A stretch of 64,000 bases of DNA from Roseitalea sp. (GTDB lineage Bacteria; Pseudomonadota; Alphaproteobacteria; Rhizobiales; Rhizobiaceae): positions 37,014 through 101,013 of the forward strand of contig JAEPON010000012.1 of the NCBI GenBank assembly GCA_017642895.1. The letters run 5' to 3'. Of this stretch, positions 47,465 to 56,163 are shown piece by piece (position 1 is the first letter of the stretch; each line of letters opens with the position of its first letter). The notes beneath the pieces were generated by a model. That model saw only the letters and a program-made list of their open reading frames with translations, made no database searches and was not told the origin of the DNA. Both the position numbers and the translations under genes were made by a program.

Positions 47465-48016
47465 ATGAAAGCATTGGCAGACATCGCCTCAGTGCTAAGC
47501 GGGGTTTCACCGCCGAGAGGGCGCTACGGGGCTGATCTGTATGTGCAGATCAAGGACTTGAAGGAAAACGGTGCGCCTTCAACCAAAGGGCCGGCGCCGT
47601 CGGCCAAACGTGCGACGCGGATAGCCGTGCGCGATTTGCTCGTCGCCTCCCGCGGTGACGAAGCGTCCGTGGTGCGTCCCTCGCCCCGCATGATCGGCGC
47701 TTATGCTGGCCTCGATGTGTATCTCATTCGACCGGACCTCAATCACGTCGATCCCAACTATTTACTAATCGCCCTCAACAGCGATGCAGCGCTCAAGCAG
47801 TTGAGGATGGCCGCTACCGGCGGCGCGCTGCCTCGCATACCCAAGCAGGCTTTGGAGACCGTGGAACTGCCGCTCCCAAGTCTCGACGCGCAGCGAAAGA
47901 TCGCTCAGATCGGCGTGCTGGCTAAGCGTTGCGAAACACTTCAAACAAAAAGATGCGAAGCGCAATCGAGATTGAATGCTGCGATCCTCGCTAAACTAGT
48001 CAAAACAGCGGCATGA
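47465..48016 (+). CDS. hsdS: Type I restriction-modification specificity subunit, half-size (single TRD)
   Basis: 183 aa from ATG 47465. The N-terminus MKALADIASVLSGVSPP is typical for HsdS. There is one target-recognition domain and then a conserved helical region (LPLPSLDAQRKIAQI...). It ends 13 nt upstream of hsdM. Confidence 0.72.
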   Translation: MKALADIASVLSGVSPPRGRYGADLYVQIKDLKENGAPSTKGPAPSAKRATRIAVRDLLVASRGDEASVVRPSPRMIGAYAGLDVYLIRPDLNHVDPNYLLIALNSDAALKQLRMAATGGALPRIPKQALETVELPLPSLDAQRKIAQIGVLAKRCETLQTKRCEAQSRLNAAILAKLVKTAA

Positions 48017-48029
48017 GACGGAAACATTC

Positions 48030-49583
48030 ATGACCAGAACAGAAGACATCAATAATGCGGTTTGGGCGGCTTGCGACACGTTTCGCGGAGTCATCGATGC
48101 CGAGCAATACAAGAACTACATACTCGCGCTGCTCTTCCTCAAATACATCAGCGATGTCTGGAACAAGCACTACAGCGACATGCTGGAGGAGTTCGGAGAT
48201 CATCCGCAGCGCGATTTACGCATTCGCCGGCGCCTCGAACGCGAGCGTTTCAAGCTGAAGGAGATTCAATACCGAAACGAGGACGGGGAAATCGTCGAGA
48301 CCTTCCTGTCGAGTTTCGACAGCCTCTACGAACGCCGCAACCGCGACAATGTCGGTGAACTGATCAACATGGTGCTCGACGCCATCGAACAGGCGAACGA
48401 GCCGAAGTTGAACGGCGTCTTCCGCAATATCGATTTCAACTCCGAGATCAGCCTCGGCCAAACCAAGGATCGCAATCGTCGCCTCAAAAATGTCCTGGAG
48501 GATTTCGCCAAGCCGAGCCTCGACCTCAGCACCGTCAGTGAGGACGCAATCGGCGAAGCCTACATCTACCTGATCGAGCAGTTCGCAGCGGACGCCGGTA
48601 AGAAGGCTGGCGAGTTCTTCACGCCGCGCAAGGTATCCGAGGTCGTCGCGAAGCTCGCCGCGCCCAAGGACGGCGCGTTGATCTGCGATCCGGCTTGCGG
48701 TTCAGGTTCGCTCCTTCTGCGCGCCGGCGAAGAGGTCGGCACCGACAACTTCCGCCTTTATGGCCAGGAAGCGAACGGCCAGACCGTGGCGCTCGCCCGC
48801 ATGAACATGTTCCTGCACGGACGGGACGCTGCGGACATTCGCTGGTGCGATACCCTCAACGGTCCGACCTTGCTCGAAGGCGATCATCTGATGCGCTTCG
48901 ACACCGTCGTCGCCAACCCTCCGTTCAGCCTCGACAAATGGGGAGCCGAGAACGCCGAGGCCGATCCCTACCGGCGCTTTGCGCGCGGGGTGCCGCCGAA
49001 ATCGAAAGGCGACTACGCCTTCATCCTGCACATGCTTGCCGTCGCCCGGCCTGGCGAAGGCCGCGTTGCGGTCGTCGCGCCCCATGGCGTCCTGTTCAGG
49101 GGCGGCGCTGAAGGGCGGATTCGCGAGAGCATCGTTCGAGACAACCTGCTCGACATCGTCGTCGGATTGCCGGCCCAGCTCTTTCCGACGACGGGCATTC
49201 CGGTTTGCGTCCTCGTCTTCGACCGGGCGCGGGAGCCTGGCGGCGCGCGCGAGACCGAGCGTGACGTGCTGTTCATCGATGCGAGCCGCGAGTTTGCGTC
49301 CGGCAAGCGCCAGAATCAGCTTCGCGACGAGGACGTGGCGAAGATCGTCGCGACGGCGGCCGAACGCGCCGAGATCGAACGCTATTCGCACCGCGCCGCG
49401 TTCGAAGAGATCGAGCGCAACAAGTTCAATCTCAACATCCCGCGCTACGTCGACACATTCGAGCCCGAGCCCGAAATCGACATCCAGGCCGTCCAAGACG
49501 AAATCCGCGACCTCGATCGGCAACTCGCCGAGACGCGGGCCGAAATGAACCGGCATCTGAAGGAGCTGGGCATTGAGGTCTGA
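48030..49583 (+). CDS. hsdM: Type I restriction-modification N6-adenine DNA methyltransferase subunit
   Basis: HsdM N-terminal domain (ILALLFLKYISD), SAM motif DPACGSGSLL and catalytic NPPFS. Confidence 0.95.
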   Translation: MTRTEDINNAVWAACDTFRGVIDAEQYKNYILALLFLKYISDVWNKHYSDMLEEFGDHPQRDLRIRRRLERERFKLKEIQYRNEDGEIVETFLSSFDSLYERRNRDNVGELINMVLDAIEQANEPKLNGVFRNIDFNSEISLGQTKDRNRRLKNVLEDFAKPSLDLSTVSEDAIGEAYIYLIEQFAADAGKKAGEFFTPRKVSEVVAKLAAPKDGALICDPACGSGSLLLRAGEEVGTDNFRLYGQEANGQTVALARMNMFLHGRDAADIRWCDTLNGPTLLEGDHLMRFDTVVANPPFSLDKWGAENAEADPYRRFARGVPPKSKGDYAFILHMLAVARPGEGRVAVVAPHGVLFRGGAEGRIRESIVRDNLLDIVVGLPAQLFPTTGIPVCVLVFDRAREPGGARETERDVLFIDASREFASGKRQNQLRDEDVAKIVATAAERAEIERYSHRAAFEEIERNKFNLNIPRYVDTFEPEPEIDIQAVQDEIRDLDRQLAETRAEMNRHLKELGIEV

Positions 49584-50511
49584 GGGCGCGCACCATAAGG
49601 GCCGCAAGGTCGGCCGCACGCTGAAGCTCTTCCTTGTCGACGGCTCGCCGACCGGCGTGATCACGGCGGAGCTCGGCAACTGGTCCGGCAAGGCCGTCGT
49701 GGCCCCGCGCACGGCGCTACCCGAGCTGATCAGGCGTGAGGAAGCGTCGCGCACCGGCGTCTATCTTCTTATGGGCGCCGACCCGGACAATCCGGCGCGC
49801 ACCCTCGTCTATGTCGGCGAGAGCGACAGCGTCCGCACGCGGCTCGCCAGTCACGATGCGGACGACGCCAAGCAGTTCTTCACACGCGTCTGCCTCATCG
49901 TCTCCAAAGACGAAAACCTGACCAAGGCGCATGGCCGCTATCTGGAAGCGCGGATCATGGCGCTGATCCGGGCAGCGGCGCGCGCCGTCCTGGTCAACGG
50001 CACCGAGCCGGACTTCAAGGGCCTGCCCGAACCCGAGATCGCCGACATGGAGGGCTTCCTGTCGGAGATCGAGGTCTTGCTGCCCGTGCTCGGCTTCGAT
50101 GTTCTACGCCGCGCGGCGGAAAGCGGCGACGCCGATGATGGCCAGGGCGCCGCAGAATCCGTTTTCACCTTCACCGAAGCGGGAACGCAGGCCCGCGCCA
50201 AGGAGGCCGGCGGCGAGTTCGTGGTCCTCGCCGGCTCGCTCGCCCGCGTGAAGGAGACGCGCACGATTCACGACGGCGCCAAGACCCAGAGGCGGCAATT
50301 CGTCGAGGACGGCGTCTTCGTGAAAACCGAGGACGGTCAGCACTACGCCTTCACCCGCGATGTCGCCTTCTCCTCGCCTTCGGGCGCCGCGGCCGTGGTT
50401 TATGGCGGCAATGTCAGCGGCCCGGCCTATTGGAAGCGTGAAGGCGACGGCCTTTCCTACAAGGACTGGCGCCAGCAAGCCCTCGCCCAGGCGCAGGGAG
50501 GCGCGGAATGA
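49573..50511 (+). CDS. GIY-YIG nuclease-like protein with a DUF4357-like C-terminal domain, embedded in the RM operon
   Basis: TTG 49573 follows AAGGAG. GVYLLMG...LVYVGESDSVRTRL...YLEARI fits the GIY-YIG blocks. The C-terminal FVVLAGS...SSPSGAAAVVYGGNVSG resembles DUF4357 (from memory). It overlaps hsdM by 11 nt and hsdS by 4 nt. Confidence 0.7.
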   Translation: MRSEGAHHKGRKVGRTLKLFLVDGSPTGVITAELGNWSGKAVVAPRTALPELIRREEASRTGVYLLMGADPDNPARTLVYVGESDSVRTRLASHDADDAKQFFTRVCLIVSKDENLTKAHGRYLEARIMALIRAAARAVLVNGTEPDFKGLPEPEIADMEGFLSEIEVLLPVLGFDVLRRAAESGDADDGQGAAESVFTFTEAGTQARAKEAGGEFVVLAGSLARVKETRTIHDGAKTQRRQFVEDGVFVKTEDGQHYAFTRDVAFSSPSGAAAVVYGGNVSGPAYWKREGDGLSYKDWRQQALAQAQGGAE

Positions 50512-51863
50512 CGGACGCCGCCCTTTCCTACGACAACGAAGCAACAGCAGAAGCCAGCTTTGAGGCAAGTCCGCCAAGTTCCTACCCGCCGAGCGTTCAG
50601 CCCGGCATCCCGACGCTAGGACGCAAACCCGAGGGCTGGTCACGTGTCAGCATCGGCGACTTACTAGAACCTGTGTACCGGCCTGCAAAGCTTGCCGACG
50701 ACGAGCAGTATCAACTGGTCACAGCCAAGCGCAGTCGCGGCGGTATCGTTCCGCGCGCCATCCTTTACGGTCGAGATATCCGTACAAAGACCCAGTTCTA
50801 TGTCGAGCCGGATGATTTCCTTATCTCTCGCCGCCAAATCTCGCACGGTGCGTGCGGTTTGGTCCCGCCGAACCTCGACGGCGCAGTGGTGTCAAACGAG
50901 TACGTGGCGTTCAAGCCCAAGAGCGGACTCGACCTCCGCTTTCTGCAACACCTGTCACACTCCGTCTATTTTCAGCAGACATGCTTTCATTCGAGCATCG
51001 GCGTCCATGTCGAAAAGCTTGTTTTCAAGATCGAGGATTGGCTCGAATGGGAGATCGACGTACCGCCGATGGCCGAACAGCGGCGGATTGCGGACGTCCT
51101 CGACGCTTGGGACCGCGCAATCGCGCATACCGACGCGCTGATCGACGCAAAGCGGAAGCGCTTCAACTGGCTCTACTCCGAGCTCTTTCCGGCATCGGGT
51201 ACATCCCTCCCAAACAGTTGGGAGGCGGCGCCTGTTACGAGTGTGGCTGCCGTCCGTTTCAGTGGGGTGGACAAGAAGACCGTCGAAGGTGAGAGGCCGG
51301 TTAGGCTCTGCAACTACACTGACGTCTTCAATAACCGCCGCATCACTGCCGACATGCCCTTCATGTCCGCGACCGCGAAGCCGCGCGAGATCGAAGCGTT
51401 CACGCTCCAGCTTGGTGATGTTGTGTTCACCAAGGACTCCGAAACAGCGGAAGAAATCGGCGAAAGCGCCGTGGTCGCCGAACCGTTGGACAATGTCGTG
51501 TGCGGCTATCACTTGGGCGTGGCGCGCGCACGCCCTGACACGATGATCGGCGATTTTCTTGCGCTAGCCCTCCGCCATCCGTGGGTCCGCGAGGAGTTTA
51601 GAAAAGCCGCGAACGGAGTGACGCGCTTCGGTCTCAATCTCGATGTCATGGACCAAGTCCAGGTGCTGTTTCCGCCGCTCGATCAGCAGGAAAAGCTCGT
51701 TGCTACCTTGAACGCGGTGGAGGACGAAATCGAGCTCCTGACGAAGTCCTTGACGCCCCTGCGAGAGCAGAAAAAGGGCCTGATGCAAAAGCTGCTCAGC
51801 GGCGACATGCGCCTCTCATCAACCGAGTCTCTGAGAGGGAAGGAAGATGCGCATGCCGATTGA
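50508..51863 (+). CDS. hsdS: Type I restriction-modification specificity subunit (full length, two TRDs)
   Basis: 451 aa. Two variable TRDs are separated by the conserved helices PPMAEQRRIADVLDAWD and PPLDQQEKLVATLNAVE. Confidence 0.92.
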   Translation: MTDAALSYDNEATAEASFEASPPSSYPPSVQPGIPTLGRKPEGWSRVSIGDLLEPVYRPAKLADDEQYQLVTAKRSRGGIVPRAILYGRDIRTKTQFYVEPDDFLISRRQISHGACGLVPPNLDGAVVSNEYVAFKPKSGLDLRFLQHLSHSVYFQQTCFHSSIGVHVEKLVFKIEDWLEWEIDVPPMAEQRRIADVLDAWDRAIAHTDALIDAKRKRFNWLYSELFPASGTSLPNSWEAAPVTSVAAVRFSGVDKKTVEGERPVRLCNYTDVFNNRRITADMPFMSATAKPREIEAFTLQLGDVVFTKDSETAEEIGESAVVAEPLDNVVCGYHLGVARARPDTMIGDFLALALRHPWVREEFRKAANGVTRFGLNLDVMDQVQVLFPPLDQQEKLVATLNAVEDEIELLTKSLTPLREQKKGLMQKLLSGDMRLSSTESLRGKEDAHAD

Positions 51864-52926
51864 ACTGCTCTCCTTCGACCAGGCCCTCGACAAGGCTTCG
51901 GGATATTCCAAACGGCATCTGCTGCTGGGAAATGGCTTTAGCATTGCTTGCGAGCCAGCCATCTTCACCTACGGGTCGCTGTTCGAGCAGGCCAAACCCA
52001 ACATGTCGGACGAATTGCTCAAGGTGTTTGAGAAGTTGGGCACCACCGATTTCGAGGCGGTAATTCGCGCGCTACAAGACGCTTCCGTCATTGTACCCAT
52101 CTACACCGAAAAAGCGCCGAAGACAGCCGCGCGCATTGCAGCGGACGCACGCGCACTCAAGGAAGCGTTGGTCTCAGCGGTAGCCGGAAAGCATCCCGCC
52201 CGACCAAATGACATCGGCGACGAGCGCTATTCGGCTTGCCGGCAGTTCCTCGCGACCTTCATCGGTGGCGACGCCGGAGGAAAGGTCTACACGCTAAACT
52301 ACGACCTATTGCTCTATTGGGCGCTCATGCATGACCCTGAGGAGGATGACGGCCTGGGGTTGAACCATGATGATGGATTTCGCAAAGACCCAGATGATTT
52401 GGATGCTGATTATGTAATCTGGCATGGAGAAACCCACGCCAATTCGCAGAATGTCCACTATCTTCACGGAGCCATGCACCTTTACGATGCCGGCGCGGAA
52501 CTGCAGAAGTACACTTGGGTGAACACCGGGAAGGCCCTGGTCGATCAGGCAAATGAAGCCATTGCTGCCAACTTCTTTCCGGTGTTTGTTGCAGAGGGTG
52601 AAAGCAGACAGAAGCTCGCGAAAATCAAACACAGCGCATATCTGCATCATAGCTACAAGAGTTTTCACGGCATCTGCCGACAAGGCGCCAAGACAGCCCT
52701 TTTCATCTTCGGTCACTCGCTTGCTGAGAACGACCGGCACATTCTCCACCGGATCGGTCGCAGCAAGCTCGCGCACGTTTTCGTGAGCCTGTTTGGCGAC
52801 CCGAACTCGCCCGCTAATCGGCAAATTCGCGCGAACGCTGACGCAATCGGGAGGCTTCGGGCCGAAGGTGCGGCACCGTTGAAGATCGACTTTTTTGACG
52901 CTGCGTCCGCCCAAGTCTGGGGCTAA
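51847..52926 (+). CDS. DUF4917-like protein with SIR2-type (DHS-like NAD-binding) motifs, embedded between hsdS and hsdR
   Basis: 359 aa. Ordered motifs: LLLGNGFS (aa 25-32), VYTLNYDLLL (147-156), YLHGA (205-209) and LFIFGHSLAENDRHI (285-299). It overlaps the hsdS end by 17 nt and stops 3 nt before hsdR. Confidence 0.7.
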   Translation: MRMPIELLSFDQALDKASGYSKRHLLLGNGFSIACEPAIFTYGSLFEQAKPNMSDELLKVFEKLGTTDFEAVIRALQDASVIVPIYTEKAPKTAARIAADARALKEALVSAVAGKHPARPNDIGDERYSACRQFLATFIGGDAGGKVYTLNYDLLLYWALMHDPEEDDGLGLNHDDGFRKDPDDLDADYVIWHGETHANSQNVHYLHGAMHLYDAGAELQKYTWVNTGKALVDQANEAIAANFFPVFVAEGESRQKLAKIKHSAYLHHSYKSFHGICRQGAKTALFIFGHSLAENDRHILHRIGRSKLAHVFVSLFGDPNSPANRQIRANADAIGRLRAEGAAPLKIDFFDAASAQVWG

Positions 52927-52929
52927 ATC

Positions 52930-55900
52930 ATGACCGAGAGCCCGCAATTCTCCCTCTCCGAAGCCGGGCGCGAGCAGTTGCAGGCGCTCATGACGCTGTC
53001 GGCGCTCGGCTGGCGCTATGTCACGCGGGCGGAGGTCGACCGACAGCGCCGCCACCGCCGAACGAACGTGTTGCTTGAAGACACGCTGCGCGGCCAACTC
53101 GCCGCCCTCAACCGCATCCGCGCCGGCGGGCGCACGCACGCCTTTTCGGAAGGCAATATCGAGACCGCGGTCGAGCGGCTGAAAGACGTTCGCTTCGACG
53201 GGCTCCTGCGCACGAATGAGCGGCAGACGGATCTTTTACAGCTCGGCGTCGCCTTGCCCCAGACCGTCGAAGGCCAGTCCCGGGAATGGCCTTTCCGCTA
53301 CATCAATTGGGGACAGGATCCGGACAGCCTGCGCGCCAACGCCTTCAACATGACAGCAGAGTTTCCGGTCGATTGGCCGGAAGGCGCGAGCATCCGGCCC
53401 GACATCGTGCTGTTCGTGAACGGCATCCCCTTCGCAGTCATCGAGGTGAAACGTAGCCAGGAGAAGGTCAGCCAAGGCATCAGCCAGCATCTGCGCAACC
53501 AGAAGCCCGACATCGGGGCGCCGAATCTCTTCTTTACGGCGCAGCTGCTCATCGCCGGAAACTCACACGAACCACGCTACGCCACCGTTGGCACACCGGC
53601 GAAGTTCTGGTCCGCTTGGCGCGAGCGAGAAGACGCCCGGGATTACGTCGCCGACGTCGTGGGCCGGGAGATCGATGCGACCGACGAAGCGGCGATTTTT
53701 CAGGACTTCGGCCTGCATCGAAACAGGCACAACGGCATGCGCGAGGCCGGTGGCCGCATGGCGACCCTGCTCGACGAAATGCTGGTCAGTCTGTGCCGGC
53801 CCGAGCGCCTGCTCGATCTCGCTCGCCGGTTCACGCTGTTCGACGCGGGCGCGAAGAAGGTGGCGCGGCACCAGCAGTTCTTCGCCGTGAAGGACCTTCT
53901 GCGGCGCGTCGAAGCGCGCGGCGACAATGGACGCCGCGCCGGAGGCGTCGTTTGGCACACGCAAGGGTCGGGGAAGTCGCTGACCATGGTGATGCTCGCC
54001 AAGGCGCTGTCGTTCAGCGTGCCCACGGCCCGGATCGTGCTGGTCACCGACCGCACCGACCTTGACGATCAGATCGACAAGACCTTCAAGGCGACTGGAC
54101 TGTCGCCGGAGCGCGCAAAGACCGGCGAGCACCTCGTCGAACTGATCGAAGCCAGGGCGCCCGTGATCACCACGCTCGTTCACAAGTTCAAGGCGGGGCT
54201 CAACAAGCGCCGCGTGGTTGACGAAAGCTCTGACATCTTTCTGCTCGTCGATGAGAGCCACCGCAGCCAGTACGGCGACATGGAAAGCCTGCATCAGAAG
54301 ATGCGGGACGTGCTTCCCGGCGCATGTCTGATCGGCTTCACGGGCACGCCGATCGCGAAAAAGGAACGCAATACCTTTGCGAAGTTCGGGCCCCTGATTC
54401 AGCCCGTCTACTCGATGAAAGACGCGGTCGAGGACGGCGCGGTCGTGCCCCTTCTCTATGAAGGTCGTCATGTCGAGGAGGATATCGACGAAGACGCCGT
54501 TGACGCCTGGTTCGATCGAGTGACGTTCGGACTCACCGAGACGCAGAAAGCGGATCTCAAACGCAAGATGAGCCGGCCGCGCACCCTCATGGGCGTTTCC
54601 GCGCGGCTGCGTTGCATCGCCTTCGACGTAAGCCGGCACTTCGCCGAGAACTTCAAACCGGACCGTCTCAAGGCGCAAATCGTCGCGCCGTCCAAGCGTG
54701 ATGCGATCGCGCTGAAGGGCCTTCTGGACGAGTTCGGCGAAGTGACGTCCGAAGTCGTGATCTCAGCCCCGGATCAGCGCGAAGGCGAGAAGGCCATCGA
54801 CGAAGAAACCAACGACGAGGTCGTCAAGTTCTGGCGGCGAATGATGGACCGGCATGGTGGAGAAGAAAGCTACAACAAGAACGTCATCGCCGCGTTCAAG
54901 GGCTCCGGTGATCCGGATATCTTGATCGTTGTCGACAAGCTCTTGACCGGCTTCGATGCGCCGCGGAACACCGTCCTCTACCTGGCGCGCCCGATGAAAG
55001 AGCATGGACTGCTGCAGGCCATCGCACGCGTCAATCGCGTGTTCGACGAAGACGATGCGCCAGAAAAACCGTTTGGCTTCGTGATCGATTACTGTGGGGT
55101 ACTGCGACATTTGGGCGAAGCGCTCAGCGCGAACGACGCGTTGCGTGACTTCGATGAGGCTGACCTTCAACGCTCAATCAGCTCCGTCGCCGAAGAGGCA
55201 CGAACGCTTCCACAGAAGCACGCAGCGTTGCTCGATCTGTTCGCCGGCGTTTCTAACGTTTTTGACGAGGAGGCTTACGCCAGAGAGCTCTCTGACGACG
55301 CATTGCGCGAACAGTTCTACCGGCGCCTATCGGAATTCTCGCGTACGCTTACAGTAGCCGTAAGCTCTCGAACCTTCATCGAAGAAACACCGCATGAGCG
55401 GCTGCTACGGTGGCGCTCCGACGAGAAACGGTTCATTGCGCTTCGGGCCCACGTGAAGGCGCGGTATGCCGACGCCATCGATTGGTCGGACTACGAACGG
55501 CGCGTCCGCTCATTGCTAGATCAGCATGTCACGGCCCATGAGGTGACAACGGTTGTCGAACCGCTCGCTGTATTCGATGATGGTGCGATCGAAGCGGCTA
55601 GGCAGGAACGGAAGCGATCCGATGCATCGATCGCCGATGAAATTGCACACCGAACACTCCGCACCATCGAAGAGAAGTGGGACGAGGACCCTGTCTTTTT
55701 CGAGAAGTTCTCGAAGCTGATCCGCCAGACGATCGACGATTTTCGTCGAGGTCGACTGGAAGAAAGAGCCTACCTCGAACGTATTCGGGAACAACGAGAC
55801 AAGCTTGAAACACGCGACGATGAGGATGATCCGACGCCTACGGAGTTGCGCGGAAAAGGCAATGAAACCGCGTTCTGGGGAATTTCGCGCCGCGAGCTTC

Positions 55901-56163
55901 GCAAAGCTGGCGTCGGCGACGAGCACCTGGCTGTGCGCGTTTCTCTGTCGTTAACCGACATTATCCAGCGCATGCGCCGCGTCGGGTGGCAACACGACCG
56001 CGATGTCCAGAATGAAATGCGCAACGCGATGGACGACTTCTTCTTTGATGAAGTCATGAGCAAGGACGGCGTCGATCTCGATCCTGCCGTGATGGATGGG
56101 ATCGTGAACGAAGTGCTGGCGGCGGCTCGGGTGCGGATGCAGGACGATGGCCGTGTCCGCTGA
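52930..56163 (+). CDS. hsdR: Type I restriction enzyme endonuclease/translocase subunit
   Basis: 1077 aa. N-terminal PD-(D/E)xK (RPDIVLFVNGIPFAVIEVKRS), helicase motif I HTQGSGKSLT and motif II LLVDESHRSQ. Confidence 0.96.
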   Translation: MTESPQFSLSEAGREQLQALMTLSALGWRYVTRAEVDRQRRHRRTNVLLEDTLRGQLAALNRIRAGGRTHAFSEGNIETAVERLKDVRFDGLLRTNERQTDLLQLGVALPQTVEGQSREWPFRYINWGQDPDSLRANAFNMTAEFPVDWPEGASIRPDIVLFVNGIPFAVIEVKRSQEKVSQGISQHLRNQKPDIGAPNLFFTAQLLIAGNSHEPRYATVGTPAKFWSAWREREDARDYVADVVGREIDATDEAAIFQDFGLHRNRHNGMREAGGRMATLLDEMLVSLCRPERLLDLARRFTLFDAGAKKVARHQQFFAVKDLLRRVEARGDNGRRAGGVVWHTQGSGKSLTMVMLAKALSFSVPTARIVLVTDRTDLDDQIDKTFKATGLSPERAKTGEHLVELIEARAPVITTLVHKFKAGLNKRRVVDESSDIFLLVDESHRSQYGDMESLHQKMRDVLPGACLIGFTGTPIAKKERNTFAKFGPLIQPVYSMKDAVEDGAVVPLLYEGRHVEEDIDEDAVDAWFDRVTFGLTETQKADLKRKMSRPRTLMGVSARLRCIAFDVSRHFAENFKPDRLKAQIVAPSKRDAIALKGLLDEFGEVTSEVVISAPDQREGEKAIDEETNDEVVKFWRRMMDRHGGEESYNKNVIAAFKGSGDPDILIVVDKLLTGFDAPRNTVLYLARPMKEHGLLQAIARVNRVFDEDDAPEKPFGFVIDYCGVLRHLGEALSANDALRDFDEADLQRSISSVAEEARTLPQKHAALLDLFAGVSNVFDEEAYARELSDDALREQFYRRLSEFSRTLTVAVSSRTFIEETPHERLLRWRSDEKRFIALRAHVKARYADAIDWSDYERRVRSLLDQHVTAHEVTTVVEPLAVFDDGAIEAARQERKRSDASIADEIAHRTLRTIEEKWDEDPVFFEKFSKLIRQTIDDFRRGRLEERAYLERIREQRDKLETRDDEDDPTPTELRGKGNETAFWGISRRELRKAGVGDEHLAVRVSLSLTDIIQRMRRVGWQHDRDVQNEMRNAMDDFFFDEVMSKDGVDLDPAVMDGIVNEVLAAARVRMQDDGRVR

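Noticed and set aside
52306-53139. 277-aa ORF antisense to the SIR2-like/hsdR junction.
   Set aside because: It has no RBS or motif, and it overlaps two ORFs with clear domain signatures on the + strand.
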